Assembly (NCBI GenBank): GCA_963708295.1
Contig: CAVPSJ010000014.1
Coordinates: 128,001 to 192,000, forward strand
DNA: 64,000 bases
Direction: 5' to 3'
Source: an uncultured delta proteobacterium
GTDB taxonomy: Bacteria > Desulfobacterota > BSN033 > UBA1163
Positions within the stretch are counted from its first letter, which is position 1. Each line of letters begins with the position of its first letter. Shown here piece by piece: positions 58,781 through 64,000 of the stretch. The position numbers and the translations under genes were made by a program. Under the pieces are notes generated by a model that did no database searches, had not been told where the DNA came from, and was given only the letters and a program-made list of their open reading frames with translations.

Positions 58781-59548
58781 CTAACCGTGTCCACGTTCCC
58801 CTGCCCACGGCATAAAGATTCGCTCAGCAAGAACTACGGCGGCGAACAAAAGAATGCCAAGTACACTCAGTGCAACCAATGAGGCCCATGCCAGGGGGCT
58901 GTTGATCTGCGAGTTTGCAACCATCAACAGGTTACCAAGCCCCTCCGTCGATCCAACGAATTCCCCGATGACCCCGCCGATCACCGCCAACGTTACAGCC
59001 ACCTTGGCGCCTGAGAACACGAAGGGCAGCGCCGCCGGGAACTGAATCTTCCTGAAAATCTGGAACCTGGATGCACGAAGGGACCGGGCGAGATCGAGCA
59101 ATTCGGGAGGAGTCGACTGCAGGCCTGCGGCTGTATCCACCACAACCGGGAAGAAGGCCACCAAGAAAGCCACCGCGAGCTTGGATTCCAATCCGATTCC
59201 AAGCCACACCAGTATGATGGGTGCCACGGCCACCTTGGGGATAGACTGAGTGCCAACCAAGAGGGGGTAGAACGTCAGGCTCAGGATCCTTGAACTGGTC
59301 AGGGCCACGGCAATGGGGATGCCCAGCACCATCGCCAGCGCAAAACCGTAGAGGCATTCCTTGAAGGTAATCCAGCCTTCTGACAATAGCAGTGCGTGCT
59401 TGTCGACAATGGCACCGAGAACTAGGGTGGGCTTCGGCAGGACCACTGTTGATACGTTGAATTGGACTACATAAAATTGCCAGACGGCAACCACCAGCAT
59501 GATGCCTAAAACCGGGAAAAAAATCTTTGAGAGGGTTTGTGTGGTCAT
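58781..59548 (-). CDS. NitT/TauT-family ABC permease
   Basis: Q.IPKVAVAP, FFPVVV, P.ALP.VFSG.K, GEFVG...GLG. Confidence 0.92.
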   Translation of the reverse strand: MTTQTLSKIFFPVLGIMLVVAVWQFYVVQFNVSTVVLPKPTLVLGAIVDKHALLLSEGWITFKECLYGFALAMVLGIPIAVALTSSRILSLTFYPLLVGTQSIPKVAVAPIILVWLGIGLESKLAVAFLVAFFPVVVDTAAGLQSTPPELLDLARSLRASRFQIFRKIQFPAALPFVFSGAKVAVTLAVIGGVIGEFVGSTEGLGNLLMVANSQINSPLAWASLVALSVLGILLFAAVVLAERIFMPWAGERGHG

Positions 59549-60371
59549 CTTGTGACGCTGGTTGTTACGCCAGGGGTCATGCATGCCGTTTTTGTCACAC
59601 CTAAGGCAATACTCGCGTTCATCTGGAACTCGCAGAAGTGCTCTGTGTATCGGATTTCGGATGAGCGAGGATAAGGGAAATCGATCCTTAACCGGGTGGC
59701 AATTTGAGCCGGTCGCGTGGTAAAAACCAGCACCTGATCCGAGAGATAAATGGCTTCCGTGATGCTGTGAGTGACGAACACGACTGTCGCATTGGTTACT
59801 TTCCGGATGTCCAGCAGAATGTCGTTCATCTCCATCCTGGTGAGCTCATCCAACGCTCCAAACGGCTCATCCATCAGCAAAAAAGACGGTTTGTGGATGA
59901 TGGCCCTGCAGAGCGCGGCCCGTTGCTGCATGCCTCCTGAGAGTTGGTTCGGCCACACTTTTTCGAAGCCTCCCAGGCCGACGAGCTCAAGCAGCTCCAG
60001 CGCCCGCCGCCGGGCGTCCGAGTTCTTCTGCTTGAGGATCTCCATGGGAAACAGCACATTATCCAGCACGGTCCGCCAGGGCATTAGGTTAGGCGTTTGA
60101 AATACGAAGCCGAAATCGGGATGCGGACCAGTAACATCCTCTCCCCGAATTTGTACCGTTCCTTGCGATGCATTGGTTAGACCCGCAAATATTCGAAGTA
60201 AGGTTGTCTTCCCGCATCCACTCGGCCCAAGGAAAGAGACAAGTTCCCCTTCCTCGAACTCGCAGGATATCCCGTCAATAACAACCAGGGGCTCTTTGTC
60301 CCGCCGCTCAAAGACCTTTCGCACATTTTCTAAGCGGCCGAACGGCGTTTTAGTGTTTCTCTCCCCCCCAT
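59545..60371 (-). CDS. NitT/TauT-family ABC ATPase (true start probably ATG 60371 with a G-run frameshift; track start 60324)
   Basis: GPSGCGKTT, VFQ...LMPWRTV, LSGGMQQR, MDEPFGALD, VTH. Confidence 0.92.
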
Positions 60372-60416
60372 GGCTTCGGTCACGACTTGTCGCCTTTCCT
60401 GCCGTCCTGATGGTTG

Positions 60417-61439
60417 CTAAGGAAAAACTGGGGGCTCGGGCAGAAAGCCGGTTGCATAGAGATCTTCTGGTTTCGGCGGAGAACCCGTGACACTCAGATT
60501 TGTGAGTACGAACTCAAGGCTCGCCTTCATCTTGGCCGGAGCAAACCAGCCCAGACCGTTCTTCTGGGTATCGGGAACGATGGCGAGATTCTTGAGGACA
60601 CCAAGCTCAGCCACAATGGTGCTACGGTCGAGCCCCTTGGCATACTTGAGCTGGCGATCGGCGGCGTCTTCGGGATTCGACAGGGCGTCTTTCCAACCCC
60701 GCAGAGATGCTCGCACGAAAGCCTGCACGACCTTGGGATTCTTCTTCAGATACTCCTCCTTGGCCCCGATGCCGTTGGAATAGAGGACCAGTCCGTGGTC
60801 TCCCAAAAGGAAGGTCCTCAGTGTTGCCCCTTTGACTTCACGCTCGAGCGACGGTTTCGACATGAGAAAGAACTCAATCGATTTGAGCTGACCACTCAGC
60901 AACATCGTGGCCTTCGCAGCCGGCGCAACATTAACTACCTTTAGCGTATTGGGATCCAGGCCATGCATCTTCATGAAGCCTTTGATCACGTTGGGGACGA
61001 AACTCCCCGAACTGCTCCCCAACTCCAGTCCCTCTAGATCCTTTACTTTTGTGACGTTGGCGCCCGGATCGAGCGAGAAGATCGCAAAAGGGGGCTTCTG
61101 GTAGTTGACGGCGACCATTTTGATCGTAGAACCGCTCGCTCGACCGAGAACAATCCCGACGACGTCGACGAACCCAATCTCAGCCAGCCCCGATTCTACG
61201 GCCTGCATCACCTGAGCCGTCCCCTGGCCAGGTATGATTTTTACATTCAGGCCTTCTTCTTTGTAGTAGCCCTTATCAAGGGCTACGTACCATGGGGCGT
61301 GACGGCCCAAGACGATGAAATCCAGAGAAAAAGTGATGTCAATCGGACTGGCTGCAAATGAGGCCGAGCTTCCAACAACCCCCCAGACGAGAACGGTGGC
61401 AACAAAAACTGCAAAAAGGCAACCCATTTTTTTGCGCAT
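60417..61439 (-). CDS. NMT1/THI5-like ABC substrate-binding protein
   Basis: Signal peptide, H.PWYVA..KGYY..EGL.V, NP..V..FV.A..RGW. Confidence 0.88.
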   Translation of the reverse strand: MRKKMGCLFAVFVATVLVWGVVGSSASFAASPIDITFSLDFIVLGRHAPWYVALDKGYYKEEGLNVKIIPGQGTAQVMQAVESGLAEIGFVDVVGIVLGRASGSTIKMVAVNYQKPPFAIFSLDPGANVTKVKDLEGLELGSSSGSFVPNVIKGFMKMHGLDPNTLKVVNVAPAAKATMLLSGQLKSIEFFLMSKPSLEREVKGATLRTFLLGDHGLVLYSNGIGAKEEYLKKNPKVVQAFVRASLRGWKDALSNPEDAADRQLKYAKGLDRSTIVAELGVLKNLAIVPDTQKNGLGWFAPAKMKASLEFVLTNLSVTGSPPKPEDLYATGFLPEPPVFP

Positions 61440-61547
61440 AGAATCCCCCTTTCCTTCGGTTGAAGATAAGTTAATTTGGAAAACGATATCTCACCCTGCG
61501 GAAATCTTTTTAAAAAGTTTGTCAGGCCACTCCGCTTTGAATCGGAG

Positions 61548-62219
61548 CTATTCGAGCAGATAGGCGATGGCTCTTGCAGGCGCCCCGTCTCCCGCCTTCA
61601 TTCTTATCGGCAGGCAGATCAGGTAGATTCTTTTGTTCAGCAGGTGTTTGGCCTCGCTACTGATTTCTTCTATCAGTGGGATACCATTGCCCAGCAAAAG
61701 GTTATGTGCAGGGTTCGTTTTGTCTCCGTACTGATCGATGCTGAAGAAGTCGATGCCTACGGATTTGACTTTTTTCTGCACGAGCCATTCTGCTCCGCTC
61801 TTTTCCAGATACGTATACTTCGAGTTGATCCATGACTCCCCAAGATGGTTGGAACAGCCCGTGTAAAGAATGACGATGTCTTCAAGCCGGACCAAGTCCG
61901 AAAATTTCTTCAGATCATCCGCGCCAATACCGGAACCGATCTCTTTGAAGGAGAGGTCTAGAACGACGCCTTCACCCATGAACCGATTCAAGTCCAACTC
62001 TTCCAGAGGCTTACCCTCATTCGACAGATGACGGGGTGCATCCACGTGGGTTCCGTGGTGCGTGGCCATGGTGATCTTGTGAACATTGAATCCTCCCTGC
62101 TCGACGCTTGAGACCTGTTCGAGTTGCACTGGGAAACTTGCCGGATAGTAGGGCATCTTCTCCCAGACTGGATTAGAGAGGTCATAATACCTTCCTTTGA
62201 ATTTAGGAACCGGTTCCAT
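61548..62219 (-). CDS. Cyclase-family metal hydrolase (kynurenine formamidase / isatin hydrolase-like)
   Basis: HHGTHVDAPRH, VGID, H..LL, DGAPARA. Confidence 0.9.
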   Translation of the reverse strand: MEPVPKFKGRYYDLSNPVWEKMPYYPASFPVQLEQVSSVEQGGFNVHKITMATHHGTHVDAPRHLSNEGKPLEELDLNRFMGEGVVLDLSFKEIGSGIGADDLKKFSDLVRLEDIVILYTGCSNHLGESWINSKYTYLEKSGAEWLVQKKVKSVGIDFFSIDQYGDKTNPAHNLLLGNGIPLIEEISSEAKHLLNKRIYLICLPIRMKAGDGAPARAIAYLLE

Positions 62220-62318
62220 GCTTGAATCCTCCTCTGATTATAAGTTAACAGGCGGGACCCGTGTTTCTTCCAACCGAACGATAAAAGGGAAAGAAAAAAA
62301 TTCCCTTTGGGCGGATCA

Positions 62319-62348
62319 AATATACGAAAAAACGGAGCGGTCTGTCAA
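62319..62348 (-). promoter_or_regulatory. Putative sigma70 promoter of the cyclase-ABC operon
   Basis: Minus strand TTGACA-N18-TATATT. Confidence 0.45.
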
Positions 62349-62813
62349 GCAAAAATCGAAAAATGACCGCGAGCCGAAGAGACATCGACTCGAATGTTGT
62401 TATTGAGATAAGAACTTGCTTTGGACGAAGTGAATATGCAAAAGCAAGTCCTCACAGTTTGAGTAAACAGGATTGGGTACGACCGAGTCCGGATTAATCG
62501 ACATAGTAAAAGAGTCCCCCCATATGCTGAGACTTGGGTGAATACACCTCAGAGGGCAGTGATGTCACAATTTCCAACTCTGGCTGCTCTATGGCTGAAC
62601 CCATTGATTGGATAGTAGATCTGATTTCCTCTTGTCAGCAATGAGTTCAGTTAGGAATTCGCTCATTCTCTCTTTCATTCGGAAACCAATAAGTCTTAGT
62701 GCCGATCGATAGGCTGACTTTGTAGATGTTGTGCCTCCCCCCCCTTTGATAGACTCCCTGCGATAATCGTCATTTTCAAATCTTGCCAAACAATATAACG
62801 CCTTAAGTAATCA

Positions 62814-62924
62814 TTGACAATAAAGTTACCCATGCGAATAATGCGTCATGAAAAATAATGGATTGTATGGGATGCCTCTATCCATATAATTCATGTTGAC
62901 TTTCCCAAGCAGAATCATTAGGAT
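62814..62924 (+). promoter_or_regulatory. Two tandem putative sigma70 promoters upstream of the TatD-like gene
   Basis: TTGACA-N17-AATAAT at 62814 and TTGACT-N17-TAGGAT at 62896. Confidence 0.4.
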
Positions 62925-63011
62925 TTAATTGAAACATGAAGTTTTAGTAGGCTAAATTCAATACCATATAAAAATAATGGTTGTGATCTCCAAGTAGAAA
63001 GAGGGTTTACT

Positions 63012-63833
63012 ATGAGAATGATCGATACCCATTTCCACATCGGCGTTATCCCCCACGAATGGCAGCATATCCTCGGGCTCTGTGAATTGGACACGGTGAT
63101 CGTTCCCTCGGATCAGATGATTCCCGACTATTCTACCCTAGACATGGTGAAGGATCATTACGACCGAATCCTCACGGAAAAAACTGAAAATGCCCATGAC
63201 TTTGGGATTTTCAATGTCTTTTTGGCCGTCACATATCCCATGTGGGGGCTCCCATTGTCCCTGCTGGATAAAGGGATTGAGCTCTTGGAACAGTATATCG
63301 GGAAACCTCGCGTCGTAGGGGTCGGCGAGGCAGGAATGGATACGGTTACCGTTGAGCATGAGGAAGTCGTGTTCAAGGCAATGGTCGCTTTTGCGAAGGA
63401 ACACAAGGTGCCTATTATCATCCACACCCCGCCCCCGCGCCATTCCCCCTATCTTGGCCGTGAGAAAACGGATTATGACAAACGGAAGGTGATGGAACGG
63501 ATTATCAAAATTCTTGTCAATTCCGGAATCGATCCTAAAAAGGTGATCCTCGACCATATGAACAAGGAAACCCTTGAGATGGCCTGGGGCTATGAGTCCT
63601 GGCTGGGCCTGAGTTGCTGTTTGGACAAACTGAGCGGCCCTGAGATCGTCTCCTTTTACAGGGAGTACGGGCCAGATCGCTTTATCGTCAATAGTGAATG
63701 GGGATTCTCTGGAGGGGGTAACCGATCTGTCCCCAAGGTAGTTGTCGATATGAAGGCCGCGAATGCGCCTCTTGAAGATATCCAGAAGATGGTTTTCAAA
63801 AATGCAAAAACTTTCTTCAACCTGACGATCTGA
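63012..63833 (+). CDS. TatD-related metal-dependent hydrolase (amidohydrolase fold)
   Basis: IDTHFH, VGVGEAG, IIHTP, ILDH, VNSE, N...FF. Confidence 0.85.
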   Translation: MRMIDTHFHIGVIPHEWQHILGLCELDTVIVPSDQMIPDYSTLDMVKDHYDRILTEKTENAHDFGIFNVFLAVTYPMWGLPLSLLDKGIELLEQYIGKPRVVGVGEAGMDTVTVEHEEVVFKAMVAFAKEHKVPIIIHTPPPRHSPYLGREKTDYDKRKVMERIIKILVNSGIDPKKVILDHMNKETLEMAWGYESWLGLSCCLDKLSGPEIVSFYREYGPDRFIVNSEWGFSGGGNRSVPKVVVDMKAANAPLEDIQKMVFKNAKTFFNLTI

Positions 63834-64000
63834 TTTTTTTGCCAAATCGTCTATTCTCAAATTCTCACTCAAGAAGATTCCGAGACCTTAATCCCCTCAG
63901 TTGTGATCTATCCATTTGTGTTAACCTGACTGCTTTTTGTGTAATGCAGGAGAAAGAAATTTCTGCGAAATAAACCCAGATCAATGCTCTCCTTACTACA

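Overview
Bacterial chromosomal window of moderate GC. Gene content and repeat families suggest an anaerobic Desulfobacterota/deltaproteobacterium-like organism (inference). Bases 1-8,100 are housekeeping: a carboxynorspermidine/saccharopine dehydrogenase-family gene, uvrA, DUF4870 and GerMN proteins, serS, two tRNA-Ser, one tRNA-Arg and RtT-like tRNA-linked repeats. From tRNA-Arg onward the window is accessory catabolic DNA. It starts with HAD hydrolases, an archaeal-type CTP-dependent riboflavin kinase and an atypical acyl-CoA dehydrogenase. A ~33 kb co-directional cluster follows (13.7-46.6 kb): a split PEP-synthase-like (phenylphosphate-synthase-like) pair, Tm-1/UPF0261, DUF2284, a RutB-like amidohydrolase, two LIV-type ABC systems, four SDRs, an atypical two-subunit biotin carboxylase, a CoA-transferase, tungsten-type AOR, a 2-oxoacid/acetoin dehydrogenase complex, lipB and a nitroreductase. 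Next come an HcrABC-like Mo enzyme with a substituted active-site Glu, a VOC protein, a saccharopine-DH-like enzyme and a class III aminotransferase. The end holds VapBC, a three-domain Rid protein, an aldo/keto reductase, a NitT/TauT ABC system with a cyclase, and a TatD-like hydrolase. Many genes carry single-base frameshifts, most likely assembly errors. Several MITE/REP-like palindromic families lie between genes. No CRISPR array, rRNA, transposase or integrase was recognised. All family calls come from motif recognition by eye, not database searches.
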